NCBI GenBank assembly: GCA_963842885.1
Contig: CAWJIE010000002.1
Coordinates: forward strand, 192,001 to 256,000
DNA: 64,000 bases
Source: an uncultured Nitrososphaerota archaeon
GTDB lineage: Archaea; Thermoproteota; Nitrososphaeria; Conexivisphaerales; DTJL01
Reading direction: 5' to 3'
In this document: positions 30,442-40,546 of the stretch, one piece after another
Layout: the number at the start of each line of letters is the position of its first letter
Position numbering within the stretch: the stretch's first letter is position 1
Notes under the pieces: generated by a model
Seen by the model: the letters and a program-made list of their open reading frames with translations, nothing else
Told to the model about the DNA's origin: nothing
Databases searched by the model: none
Translations under genes and position numbers: made by a program

Positions 30442-31536
30442 GTGGACGAGCGACGAGCTCCTCCCTGCGTCGGGCGTCGTCCAAGCAAGCGCCACTTCGG
30501 TGGAAACCTCAAAAAGGATGCCATCGAGCAATCATGTCGCAGAGGTGGGAGGACCGCGGACAGGAGGGTGGGATACGTCGGTGGCGGAGTCCTAGTCGTG
30601 CTGCTGGTCTTCGTCGCGGCATCCTGCTACATGCCTCCCTCGTCTTCCATTTCGTACGTCGTCGGAGACCCCGAGATCAGCGGGAACTCGACCTCCATCA
30701 CCTATCCTCCCGGCTACCAGGGGCTGGCGCAGTACGTGCTGGTCCTCATCAACCAAGACCGGTCAAGCTTGGGTGTTCAAGCGGTCAACTTGAGCGTCGT
30801 CCCCTCCGGGCAGCAGCATGCGAATTCGATGCTGTTCTTCGGCTACTTCAGCCACTGGGACACCCAGGGCCTGAAGCCTTACATGCGGTACAGTCTGCTG
30901 AACGGAACAGGGGCGGTCTTCGAAAACGTCGCCTGGCAAACCCAGAGTCCTTCTCGATACGCTAGCCTCGACGACCTGAAGTCGGCGCTAGTTGAGATGA
31001 ACGTGCAGATGATGTACGATGACTCCTCCTTCAACTGGGAGCACAGGAGCAACATACTTGATCCCAACCACGGCAGCGTCTCCCTGGGGATATCGTACGA
31101 CGAACACAACATGTACCTGGTGGAGGACTTTGAGAACACCTTCATCAACCTCACCAGTCCTCTGGGGTTGTCCGACGGTGTCCTCCAGATAGAGGGGACG
31201 ACTCCTTCCACACTCGACCTGACGGTGGCGGCAGTCTACATGGACGCCACACCCGCCAATATCAGCGTTAGCGCCCTGCGCCAGGACGCTCAATACACGG
31301 CCTCCTATGACCTGGGCAAAGAAATCGGAATCGTCCTGCCACCTTCCGACTACGGGATAACGGGCCCGCCTGGGACCCTATCTGCGAATGCCTTGACCTG
31401 GCAGACGGGACCGGGCCTGGTGAACCTGACCCTGCCTATGGAGCCATTCATCGCCTCTTTCGGCAGGGGAGTCTACACCGTCTACCTGCTGCGGTCGGAT
31501 GGAGAGGCCATTCTGAGCTACACCTTTTTCGTGTAG
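30442..31536 (+). CDS. CAP (SCP-like) domain extracellular protein, start uncertain
   Basis: LINQDR, QQHANSM..GYFSHWD, ENVA, HRSNILDPNH..VSLGI; N-terminal TM segment. Confidence 0.82.
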   Translation: MDERRAPPCVGRRPSKRHFGGNLKKDAIEQSCRRGGRTADRRVGYVGGGVLVVLLVFVAASCYMPPSSSISYVVGDPEISGNSTSITYPPGYQGLAQYVLVLINQDRSSLGVQAVNLSVVPSGQQHANSMLFFGYFSHWDTQGLKPYMRYSLLNGTGAVFENVAWQTQSPSRYASLDDLKSALVEMNVQMMYDDSSFNWEHRSNILDPNHGSVSLGISYDEHNMYLVEDFENTFINLTSPLGLSDGVLQIEGTTPSTLDLTVAAVYMDATPANISVSALRQDAQYTASYDLGKEIGIVLPPSDYGITGPPGTLSANALTWQTGPGLVNLTLPMEPFIASFGRGVYTVYLLRSDGEAILSYTFFV

Positions 31537-31588
31537 GGAATCCCGCTCGTCGCAAAGAGCCATGGTTTCAAAATGGCGCGGCAGAGAA

Positions 31589-32152
31589 TCAGGCGGTCCC
31601 CTTCGTCGCGTCTTCCATGGCCTTCCTGAAGACGGCCTCCCTCCGCTCGACGATCCTGTAGTAGTAGAACATCACCAGACCGGCGAAAACGAGGGTCGCA
31701 CCCCAGTATATGCCGAGGCTGACCTGGTAGTACTGAACCCAGTCCCCTCTCACCGAGACGCTGTAGGTGGAATTGTACGACGTAATCATCAGGACGAAAG
31801 GGTTGAAGTACTTGACGGGTATCGTCAGGTTTGCGGTGGGGACGGTTTGGTCCAGCGTTATCAGATACGCGTCAGGGAGGTTGCCCGAAGGGTCCTGTTG
31901 CACGATTTGTAGGGTAACCGTTCCCGAACCGCCCTCAGAGGCCTGCACGTTCAGTGACTGTCCTGCCCTTGTTGGAGGGGTTTCTTCCAAGTCGGTCCAA
32001 GAGCTCAAAGCCTGCGTTTCGTTCGAGCCGATGCCCGGCCCCGTCTTGAAGATGGTCTCGGGCACTTGAATCATTGGAACGAATAAGCCGACAAGGACCA
32101 GCGCGACCCCCAAGAGCAGTGTCACCTGCCAAGCTAGTTTGAAACGATCCAT
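31589..32152 (-). CDS. Hypothetical membrane protein (N- and C-terminal TM)
   Basis: 187-aa ORF with two hydrophobic segments flanking a beta-rich domain. Confidence 0.7.
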   Translation of the reverse strand: MDRFKLAWQVTLLLGVALVLVGLFVPMIQVPETIFKTGPGIGSNETQALSSWTDLEETPPTRAGQSLNVQASEGGSGTVTLQIVQQDPSGNLPDAYLITLDQTVPTANLTIPVKYFNPFVLMITSYNSTYSVSVRGDWVQYYQVSLGIYWGATLVFAGLVMFYYYRIVERREAVFRKAMEDATKGTA

Positions 32153-32155
32153 GCG

Positions 32156-33121
32156 TCAGACATCTTTGCCCTTCGATTTTAAGCTTGAGGCTAGAATCCC
32201 TCGAATCTCGTTCCTCACTCCGCCCGGTGCGAAGACGAAGTCGGCGACGACATAGTTGTCGAGGATGGAATAGCTGGAGCCGTCAGGATAAAGGTTCCTC
32301 ACATCGTCGAAACGCGCCTTTGAAACCCTGAGGTCCTGGAAGCCAAAGGCGTACTTCCCGTCGTAATTGCCACCGGAGTAATACACGGTCTTCGAGCCCA
32401 TCGTGAAGTTCTGGAGCTGCGTGGAGAAGGAGACGTAATAGAACGCAAGGAAGTCGGAGCCCCCTCCCGTAGAGGCATAGACCGCGGCCTGGACGGTCTT
32501 GTTTTCAAATAGGCCCGGGCTTCCATCGAGCGAGAAGTCCATGGCCTTCTTTATGTCTCCTAGGGGGTCGGCCGATCCCTGGGTGTAGACGATGAAGCCG
32601 TTGTCGAAGAAGAGGTATCCCAGGGTGAGGGAGTTGTTAACGACGTTGTGGTTCAGCACCCTGTAGATCGTACTGGACCTGTAGTTCTCCTTGATCACGA
32701 GGTCGTTGGAGTTGAGCTCGTTGAGGACGGAGCTATACGCGATGGCAGTGGGCTGGAAGATGTCCACCTCTGTGCCGTTCTCGGTGATCGAGGGGGCGGG
32801 GAGGTCATAGGTCGCAACCGTCGACACATTTCCGGGCGTCAGCGCGAGGCTCGCCTGGTAGACGTTCAGGAAGGTGGCTCCGACATCGGAATAGCTTAGC
32901 CCGGTGGCCACGAGCTGGGCGACCTTTATCTCTCCCGCGCTTACGGCATTGGGTGGCACCAAGTCCATCCAGGGCTCTAGCGTCACGTTGTAATTCGTAG
33001 GGAAATGGTACACCGCAGGACCTGACAAGTAAGGCAGCCCTAGGGTGATTGCGACCAAGGCCACGATCACGACGCTGAAACTGATAACGAAGGGCTTCCT
33101 GGAGTCTTTCTTCTTCGGCAT
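32156..33121 (-). CDS. Hypothetical membrane-anchored extracellular protein
   Basis: Basic N-terminus plus TM; several N-x-S/T sequons. Confidence 0.75.
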   Translation of the reverse strand: MPKKKDSRKPFVISFSVVIVALVAITLGLPYLSGPAVYHFPTNYNVTLEPWMDLVPPNAVSAGEIKVAQLVATGLSYSDVGATFLNVYQASLALTPGNVSTVATYDLPAPSITENGTEVDIFQPTAIAYSSVLNELNSNDLVIKENYRSSTIYRVLNHNVVNNSLTLGYLFFDNGFIVYTQGSADPLGDIKKAMDFSLDGSPGLFENKTVQAAVYASTGGGSDFLAFYYVSFSTQLQNFTMGSKTVYYSGGNYDGKYAFGFQDLRVSKARFDDVRNLYPDGSSYSILDNYVVADFVFAPGGVRNEIRGILASSLKSKGKDV

Positions 33122-33201
33122 CTAAGTGGCTCCTGAGCGTGCACGTTCTAAAATCTTTTGATTGGAACGATTAAAATAGCTGCCGTATCAGATGGTTTCC
33201 G

Positions 33202-33558
33202 ATGCGGCTGGTCAGCCTAATCCTCCTCAAATCCCTCAAGTACTTCCTCATCATCGTCGCTTTTGACGCGATCCTCGGGTTCGGATTCTACCTGTACGCC
33301 GGCTTCGACATCGCGGCAGGCGTTCTGAGCGACATCTTGATCCTGGAGGTCGCCTTCCTCTTCATCTTCGGTGGGCTTCTGGACTTCTCACAGGCCCAGA
33401 CGACGGTCAGCGCCCGGAGGCTCCTGGGCGACCCGGACTCGGAGTACTCCGCGGAGAAGCACCGAGAGGCGCAGGTGAGGGGAGCGATGCTCGTCCTGAC
33501 GGGTGTATGGGTCATCTTGTTGGCCGTGGCTCTGTCCCTCCTCCTGCTCTCCCCATAG
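33202..33558 (+). CDS. Hypothetical three-TM membrane protein
   Basis: 118-aa hydrophobic ORF with TTAAAATA upstream. Confidence 0.7.
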   Translation: MRLVSLILLKSLKYFLIIVAFDAILGFGFYLYAGFDIAAGVLSDILILEVAFLFIFGGLLDFSQAQTTVSARRLLGDPDSEYSAEKHREAQVRGAMLVLTGVWVILLAVALSLLLLSP

Positions 33559-33613
33559 CTCGCGCTGGGCTCATTCGAAAAAATATAAAATGTGACTTTC
33601 GGAATGTAGTTCT

Positions 33614-36076
33614 CTATTGGGGTTTGCGTCTGCTAAACAACAGCGCGAGGACAAGTGCGATGATTGCTATCAGGATGGCTCCGTATGCAACGTATGAGAT
33701 CGAGTTGAAATCGGACTGCAGCGAATTCACCTTTGAGGTCAAGGTGTTGAGCTCGTTGGTTATCGTAGTCGAGAAGGTGGACAAGGAGCTCGACAGCGCC
33801 GTCACCTGGCTTGACTGGGCGTATGGAGTCAGTGCGTCGGTCAGCGCCTGACTGAATGTTAGTATGGTGTCGTTGAAGACGGGGCTGGTATCCGTGCCTT
33901 TCCCAGGCCAGTTCAGCCATTGCAAGTAGACGGTGCCCGGTTGCGTAGGCGTGAACCAAACCGCGTAGACCCCGCCCGTACCTGTTGTCGTTGTAGCTAC
34001 ATCGGTCCAAGTGCCTGTTCCGGTCGAGGCGCTATAGTCATAGCTCGCTTGCAGTGTTATGAGGCTGCCGTTGATGGTCGCTCCTGAGGTCGGGTCCGTC
34101 AACACTCCTGATACTTCAACCGGTGATCCGGCGACCAAGTATGTCTGCGCCACTATCGCTGGCGGTGTCGGTGGAATAACCGCTGATCCTCCTGAGTAGC
34201 CTGCCAGGGCCAGTTCAGCGACGGCCTGTGTCGGGCTATAGGGGTCCATTTGTAGGTTGGGATTGAACCAGTAGCCGTAGGCTGGAGCCCAAGGCGTGAT
34301 GCCGGGGGTACCGAGTCCATTCAACAGGCTGCTCACGATGAGTTGCCTGGGTACTAAGTAGCTGATGGCCTTCCTGACTGCCGCGGCAGCGGCGGCCGTT
34401 CCCACAGGTGTACCAGTTCCAGTTCCCCAGATGGGGTTCATGAGGTTGAAGCCCATTTCCTGGTAGCCCAGTTCTGGTCCCATGATAACGTTGGCGCCGA
34501 TGCCCTGCAGTGTCGAAACATATGTGCCTAGGGCGTAGTTGGTGTCCAACTGATTAACTTCTCCCGACTTGTAAGCAGCTACCGCAGCGTCCGCACCATT
34601 AATCCAAACGACGTTGTAGTTCTTGACGGCGAATTGCCCGATGTTCTCGAGGCCCGTGGCGTTCCAGTAGCCCTCCCACGCAACTTCGTTCGCGGTGTTG
34701 CTCGTAAAGTCGTAGTTGGTAAGTACGTAGGGGCCATTGCCGAACGGACCCACGAAGTGACAACTGCCGTTGCCACCATATACTGCAGCGTTCCAAGTTT
34801 CCGTGTACCCAGTGGCCTCGACATAAGGCAGCGTGTTCCAAGTGCTGATTGCGTATTGCTCGAAGTAGTGCTTTGGCAGTGGGGATATGGTCATCCACGT
34901 CATGTTCATGAATGCGTAGACTTGCGGTACGTCGAGTGTGAATGTGTTCTTGTCTATCGCCGTGGCATACCACGTAGCCGGAGCTTGTCCCGCCGGCGTC
35001 TGGTCGTCAATTATCGTCGTTCCGTTGAGATAGGTGAACTCGCCCTTCGTCCCTAGCTGGGCTAGCATGGTTCCCTGACCTACGTAACCACCGTTGGGGT
35101 CAAACAGCGACTGGAACGTGAAGACGTAATCATCTGAAGTCACGGGGACTCCGTCCTGGAAGTTGTTGGGTTTGAAGTTGACGGTCCAGTTGAGGCCGTC
35201 AGGTGTAGAGGTGATGGAGTTTGCGAGGGCTAGATAGTACGAGCTGGTGATTGAGTTCAACTCTTGCAGGCCCTCGAACGCCGGAGCGTAGATGAAGAGG
35301 GCGTAGAATGAGTTGCTCGTGGTGGTCGGTAGAGGGTTGAGATTGTTGTCGGGGAAGACGTTGCCCGCCTCGGCAAAGTTAAGGGTGCTCAGGCCGGACA
35401 TGTGCTGCACATCGCTGGGGAAACCGACATTGTTAAAGACAGTATTGTTCCCATAAACCGCTAATGCCGGATCTCTAGCTATGATCCACTCGTTGTAGTA
35501 GATAGTGATCTGTGGAGTGTCCTGAAGTATCTGGGCCTGCAGGTTCCATATATCCTGCTGCTGCAGAGTCATGTTGGCGGTGCCGTAGACGCCATGCATC
35601 AATGCATTGGCTGCCGAGCTGTTGTAGAAGTAGTAGTTGTTGCCGGCCGGCGCCCAATCGCTGTAGTCACCCAGGAAGTTACTAAACGAAGAGTCAGGCG
35701 AGAGGCCCGTGGCACCCCACCCGATGAAACCGGCGTCGTATCCTCCGTGGGCGAAGTCCGTTCCGGTTTGGCTCCAGTCGATGGAGCCATTGGCAAGGTA
35801 AGCGCCCAGGAAGAACATCCTGGTGTCAAGTTCGCTGAAGGTGACATAGAACACCTTCGCATCGATGCCTACGCTCGCCAATGAGCTAGCGATGATGGAG
35901 GCATACTGCCTCCTCGCTGCGTTCGACGTAGGGGCGATCAACGTGATGCTGAAGTACGCTGTGCTTTGTGCATAGGCCGAAGTACTAGCGACACCGGCAA
36001 TCGAGCTGAAAAGAGTGATGTAAATGGCGAGAGCTACCGCAGCTCCCAATAAGATTTGTCTATTCTGCGAAGTCAT
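33614..36076 (-). CDS. Peptide ABC transporter substrate-binding protein (family 5, archaeal type, C-terminal TM anchor)
   Basis: LANSITSTPDGLNWT, FQDGVPVTSDD, GNGPYVL, VRKAISYLVPR; signal peptide, C-terminal coiled coil and TM. Confidence 0.88.
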   Translation of the reverse strand: MTSQNRQILLGAAVALAIYITLFSSIAGVASTSAYAQSTAYFSITLIAPTSNAARRQYASIIASSLASVGIDAKVFYVTFSELDTRMFFLGAYLANGSIDWSQTGTDFAHGGYDAGFIGWGATGLSPDSSFSNFLGDYSDWAPAGNNYYFYNSSAANALMHGVYGTANMTLQQQDIWNLQAQILQDTPQITIYYNEWIIARDPALAVYGNNTVFNNVGFPSDVQHMSGLSTLNFAEAGNVFPDNNLNPLPTTTSNSFYALFIYAPAFEGLQELNSITSSYYLALANSITSTPDGLNWTVNFKPNNFQDGVPVTSDDYVFTFQSLFDPNGGYVGQGTMLAQLGTKGEFTYLNGTTIIDDQTPAGQAPATWYATAIDKNTFTLDVPQVYAFMNMTWMTISPLPKHYFEQYAISTWNTLPYVEATGYTETWNAAVYGGNGSCHFVGPFGNGPYVLTNYDFTSNTANEVAWEGYWNATGLENIGQFAVKNYNVVWINGADAAVAAYKSGEVNQLDTNYALGTYVSTLQGIGANVIMGPELGYQEMGFNLMNPIWGTGTGTPVGTAAAAAAVRKAISYLVPRQLIVSSLLNGLGTPGITPWAPAYGYWFNPNLQMDPYSPTQAVAELALAGYSGGSAVIPPTPPAIVAQTYLVAGSPVEVSGVLTDPTSGATINGSLITLQASYDYSASTGTGTWTDVATTTTGTGGVYAVWFTPTQPGTVYLQWLNWPGKGTDTSPVFNDTILTFSQALTDALTPYAQSSQVTALSSSLSTFSTTITNELNTLTSKVNSLQSDFNSISYVAYGAILIAIIALVLALLFSRRKPQ

Positions 36077-36283
36077 ATTCGTCGTGAAACCAGACTCCCA
36101 CAATGCTATTTATACTTTGCGAACACGGATATGTTGTCTTCTTTTAACTGGAAGGCACCAGCGTGGGGTGCAGAATAGATGAAATGTCCACGCAAAAACT
36201 GCAAATTCTATCACCTTGTCCTATGCCTTGTGCCTAAAGCACCTCCTGGACAGGAACGTGCCGCGGGAGCCCCCCGGAGTCTC

Positions 36284-36913
36284 TCAGGGGTTGCCTGACT
36301 CCAGAAATTGCGCCCGACAACCGCAGGCACCGGTCAGAAACTCCAAGAGGCCGTCAGCCGGCACGATCGGAACGCCCTCCACGGAAAGCAAGCCCGTCCG
36401 CGAAAGCACCAAGAGAGCAGGAAGAATCTCCTTAAGGCCGGGGATCCTGCGAGATTCGAGCAGAAGCTGGACCCTTTCCTTCTGCATCAACGCCGCCGGG
36501 CGGAGTCGACTGAGAACGTCACGACGCCAGTGCTTGCAGTCTATGGCAATGCCAAACCCGCTGAGGACGCCGACCACGTCTATCTCCCTCCTAGGCGCTT
36601 TCAAATGGTAGTTCATCCTGACGTTGTATCCGCAAGCCTCCAACGCGGAACCCGCGAACACTTCAAACTCCCTCCAGCTGAGGGCGCCCCCCAACTCATG
36701 CATTGAGGCGCCCTTCCCCCTGAGGTATATGGCTAACCTTACCTTCCCTCCCGGTGGAAGAGTCAGGCTGCCCGTCTCGAAACCCACAAACCCGATTGAA
36801 CTTAACTCCTCTGCGATCCCGTATAGCGTTTCCGGACCCACAAGCATGGATTTCGAAATCTCCTCCACTTCATTTCGCCCCTCCTTAATGTAGCGCAACA
36901 GGTCCAGCATCAA
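36284..36913 (-). CDS. wHTH plus Mrr-like PD-(D/E)xK endonuclease domain protein
   Basis: LSWREFE...GY...REIDVVG...IDCKHW. Confidence 0.8.
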   Translation of the reverse strand: MMLDLLRYIKEGRNEVEEISKSMLVGPETLYGIAEELSSIGFVGFETGSLTLPPGGKVRLAIYLRGKGASMHELGGALSWREFEVFAGSALEACGYNVRMNYHLKAPRREIDVVGVLSGFGIAIDCKHWRRDVLSRLRPAALMQKERVQLLLESRRIPGLKEILPALLVLSRTGLLSVEGVPIVPADGLLEFLTGACGCRAQFLESGNP

Positions 36914-37136
36914 TGAAAGACTCGCAGGTGACCCTCCCTAAACCACCTGCCTGAGCGCCTATTTTAGGATGCCCGGCGGAAGGGAAATGCCTGGAGGAAG
37001 GGTTCTTTGTTGGGATTCCCATCCTCTTGAGGAAGACTGAGGTTTTCGGGTCACTATTGCAGATAATCGTAGCGAAAGCCAACCGGTAACGACTAATCCA
37101 TAGAAGGTTTAAATCCAACTTCTCATAACTGAAAGC

Positions 37137-37490
37137 GTGTTAATGCCGCAATTCGGGCGCTATGCCAGGACCACTACCTGCAGAGAGAAGGTGTGGGAAA
37201 TCCTCAGGCATGACGATGAATGGGCGAGCGGCCCATTTACGATGAGGGAGTTTTGCGAGCGGCACAGGGTCGACCTGGAAACGGCTCTGAGCGCCTTGGG
37301 CACCGGCTCCAGCGTCGAACGCATGGTCAGGGCGGCCCTCCAGAGCCTCAACAAGAAGGGCCTTGTCCAAGCAACGAGGACGTGGGGAGGCACGACCTAC
37401 TCGAAGAACGTCTACATGATCCATCAATCTCTGATTCCCCTCAACTACGGGAAGGCTCTGGTTCAGGCGCAGCGCCTGCGCCTTCTGTAA
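37137..37490 (+). CDS. Hypothetical protein, probable winged HTH
   Basis: VRAALQSLNKKGLV...KNVY; TTTAAAT at 37108-37114. Confidence 0.6.
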   Translation: MLMPQFGRYARTTTCREKVWEILRHDDEWASGPFTMREFCERHRVDLETALSALGTGSSVERMVRAALQSLNKKGLVQATRTWGGTTYSKNVYMIHQSLIPLNYGKALVQAQRLRLL

Positions 37491-37577
37491 ACGTCGGGCG
37501 GTCGACAGGGCTCGGATTAGTTCACACTCCCGGCCCTCTGGCTTCGCTAAGCGGAACCTCCAATCATGGGCAGCGTC

Positions 37578-38576
37578 CTAGGCGAAATCCTTCCAGAAAT
37601 GACACGAGACCCAATGACCATAGCCTGCGTCCGTCCATGCTGGCTTCTCGGCCTTACAGATGTCCTTGGCGTACGGGCACCTCGGATGGAAACGGCAGGC
37701 CGGCGGTGGGTTGATGGGGCTGGGGACTTCGCCCGGGAGGATGATCCTCTGGACCTTCGTGTCGGGGTCGGGTATGGGTATGGCGGACATCAGCGCTTGA
37801 GTGTACGGGTGAAGCGGCTTGCCGAAGACCCTCTCCGTATCGCCCAGTTCCACAAATTCGCCCAGGTACATCACAGCGACGCGGTGGCTAATCTGCCGCA
37901 CAGAACTCAGGTCATGCGAGATGTAAAGATATGACAGCTGCACCTTGTTCTGAAGGTCGATCATAAGGTTGAGGATCTGTGCCCTGATGGAAACATCCAG
38001 GGAAGACACTGGCTCATCAGCGACCACCAGCTTTGGCTCGACGGCGAGAGCCCTGGCTATGCTGACCCTCTGCCTCTGGCCGCCGCTGAATTCATGGGGA
38101 TACCTTTCCGCATGGTAGGCTTCGAGACCCACCATCTCCAAGAGCCGGTAGACGCGTTCCGTCCATTCGGCCTTGGGAACATGTTGATGGATGACGAACG
38201 GTTCCGAGAGGATGTCGTAAATGGTCATCCTTGGATCCAAGGAGAGATAGGGGTTCTGGAAGACCAGCTGCATGCTCCTGCGTAGCTTGAACCGGTCAGC
38301 CTTCTTGCCCTTGCGGAAGGTCTCAAAGACGTCCAAGCCGTCAAATATGACCTTGCCACTGGTCGGAGGCTCCAAGTCGAGGACTACCTTGGCCGTCGTC
38401 GTCTTGCCACAACCGCTTTCGCCCACCAGAGCCAAGGTCTCACTCTTGCCTACAACAAAGTCAACATGATCCACTGCATGGACATCGCCTACCTTCTTCC
38501 TGGATAAGACGCCTCGCGTGTAAACTTCGAAGTACTTCACCAGGTCCTGAACCTCCAACAGTGTGCTATATCCCAT
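37578..38576 (-). CDS. oppF: Oligopeptide/dipeptide ABC transporter ATP-binding protein (OppF/DppF)
   Basis: GESGCGKT, FSGGQRQR, ADEPVS, HPYTQAL, CRFHPRC. Confidence 0.93.
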   Translation of the reverse strand: MGYSTLLEVQDLVKYFEVYTRGVLSRKKVGDVHAVDHVDFVVGKSETLALVGESGCGKTTTAKVVLDLEPPTSGKVIFDGLDVFETFRKGKKADRFKLRRSMQLVFQNPYLSLDPRMTIYDILSEPFVIHQHVPKAEWTERVYRLLEMVGLEAYHAERYPHEFSGGQRQRVSIARALAVEPKLVVADEPVSSLDVSIRAQILNLMIDLQNKVQLSYLYISHDLSSVRQISHRVAVMYLGEFVELGDTERVFGKPLHPYTQALMSAIPIPDPDTKVQRIILPGEVPSPINPPPACRFHPRCPYAKDICKAEKPAWTDAGYGHWVSCHFWKDFA

Positions 38577-39571
38577 CTAGAGCGACCCCTTGAGCTGGAG
38601 CTCCTTCCACCGGTGACAGGCGACGCTGTGGTCGGGCGTGACGGCCTCCAAGACGGGGACCTTTTCTTTGCAGACCTCTATCGCGTAGGGGCAGCGCGGG
38701 TGGAACCGACACCCGCTGGGCGGCTCGATTAGGTTGGGTATGTTTCCAGGCACAGACACCAAGACCTTCTTCTTGTCAAGGCGCGGGACGGCCTTGAGCA
38801 GGGCCTCGGTGTATGGATGCTTAGGGCCGTTGAAGAGGTCCCACGTGTTGGCGGTCTCGTAGACCTGGCCCGCATACAGCACGGTGACCCGTTGAGTCAT
38901 CTCGGCGATGATGCCCATGTCAGTGCGTGATCATCACGAGCGTCATCCCGAAGTCCTTCTTCAAAGTCTTCATGAGCTCCAGGACTTGCGCCTGTATGGT
39001 GACGTCGAGGTTCGTAGTGGGCTCGTCGGCGAAAAGCAGGGAGGGCTCGCATGACAGGGCTCTTGCGATGGCGATTCTCTGCTTCATTCCGCCGCTGAGC
39101 TCGAAAGGATATGCACGAAGCCGTTTCTCCGCTTCCGGGATGCCTACAAGCTCCAGAATCTTCCTGGCCTCGTCTCTGCGCTGCTGCCTTGTCAAGGCCC
39201 TTGTGCAGCCTGATCACTTCGGTGAGCTGGTGCTCTATCGTGTAGAGTGGATTGAGGCTGGACATCGGGTCCTGGAAGACGATGGCGATCCTCTTCCCCC
39301 TGAGCTTCCTCACCTCCTTCTCTTTCAGACTCAACACGTCTATGTTGTCGAAGGTGATCTTGCCGCCGACAATCCTACCCGGCCGCGGGACTATCCTCAG
39401 CGTGCTCAGCGCCGTGACGCTCTTGCCTGAGCCCGACTCGCCCACCAACCCGTGGGTCTCCCCCCTCTGCACTTGTATGGAAACCCCGTCGACGGCTTTG
39501 ACGACGCCCGCCTCCGTGAAGAAGTATGTCCTCAGGTCGTGGATGTCCAGTATGTTATCCAAGGAGCTCAC
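38577..39571 (-). CDS. oppD: Oligopeptide/dipeptide ABC transporter ATP-binding protein (OppD/DppD), 2 frameshifts
   Basis: [30 protein letters not shown] across three frames. Confidence 0.9.
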
Positions 39572-40535
39572 TCCCTCAGCCTCGGGTTCAAGGCGTCAGA
39601 TAGGCCGTCTCCGAGGAGGTTGAACCCTAGGACAATCAGCACGACAAGCATGCCCAGGGAAGAAGGAGACCCACCAGTAGGTGCTCACGTAAGTTGATCC
39701 TTCCTGGATCAAGAGCCCCCAAGTAGCGGTGTTGGGATCGCCGAATCCGAGAAACGAGATGACGACTTCCGTAAGGATGTTCCCAGCAACACTGAGGCTC
39801 GCGATGACGATGACCGGCGTCAGGATATTAGGGACGATATGCCTGAATAGTATTCGGAAGCTGCTCGCACCAAGGGCCTTCTCGGCCTGTACGAACTCAA
39901 GTTCTTTGACCCGGAATATCTCACCCCTCACGACGAATGCAATGCCGGACCACCCGAAGAATCCCAAGATCAGAACGATCAATGTCAGGCCGAACCCCGC
40001 GTAGACCAAGACTGAATACACACGGGCGAAAAGGAGGATCAGCAGGAGGACCGGTATCACGAAGAAGACCTGTATTACGCCGAGGAGACTGGCGCTGATG
40101 ATGCCCTTAGAATAGCCCGCCACAGCGCCCACTGCTATCCCTATCACCGTAGCCAACAGAGTCGCCGCAATCCCTACGTAGAGGTCATTGCGCGCTCCCC
40201 AAACGGAATCGCTAAAGACATCTATGCCAGCCAGTTCGGTCCCGAACGGGTGCTGCCAGCTAGGGGGCTGGCCCTCCTGTCCCTGGTAGAGGGCCTCGAA
40301 GCTTCTGGCCGGATAGAGGCTGATCAGATGCGACCCGTCGGGCAACCTTATCGAGGCCATGACGGGCAACACAAAGGCGAATATGAAGAAGGCGATGACG
40401 ATGGCAAACCCCAAGAGGCCTGACTTGTTCCGTTTGAATCTCCTCCAGGCAACCGCCCACTGGGTCGCGCTCCTGCGCCTGGGCTTGGTGGGTAGCTTCG
40501 CGGAAGGTCCTGATGACGAGGAACTATTTGACAGA
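39568..40535 (-). CDS. oppC: Oligopeptide ABC transporter permease (OppC/DppC), frameshift near 39655, start uncertain
   Basis: AWRRFKRNK, HPFGTE, EFVQAEKALGAS, RHIVPN; FNLLGDGLSDALNPR in shifted frame. Confidence 0.9.
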
Positions 40536-40546
40536 CAACGTCACCT

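Noticed and set aside
30491-30516. ORB-like TTCGGTGGAAAC
   Set aside because: Single imperfect copy, no cdc6/orc1 nearby, no AT-rich unwinding element; equally explained as a small CCAC-TTCG-GTGG hairpin
30214-30531. Short ORFs between HK3 and the CAP gene
   Set aside because: No motif and conflicting frames; at most an eroded membrane-protein remnant
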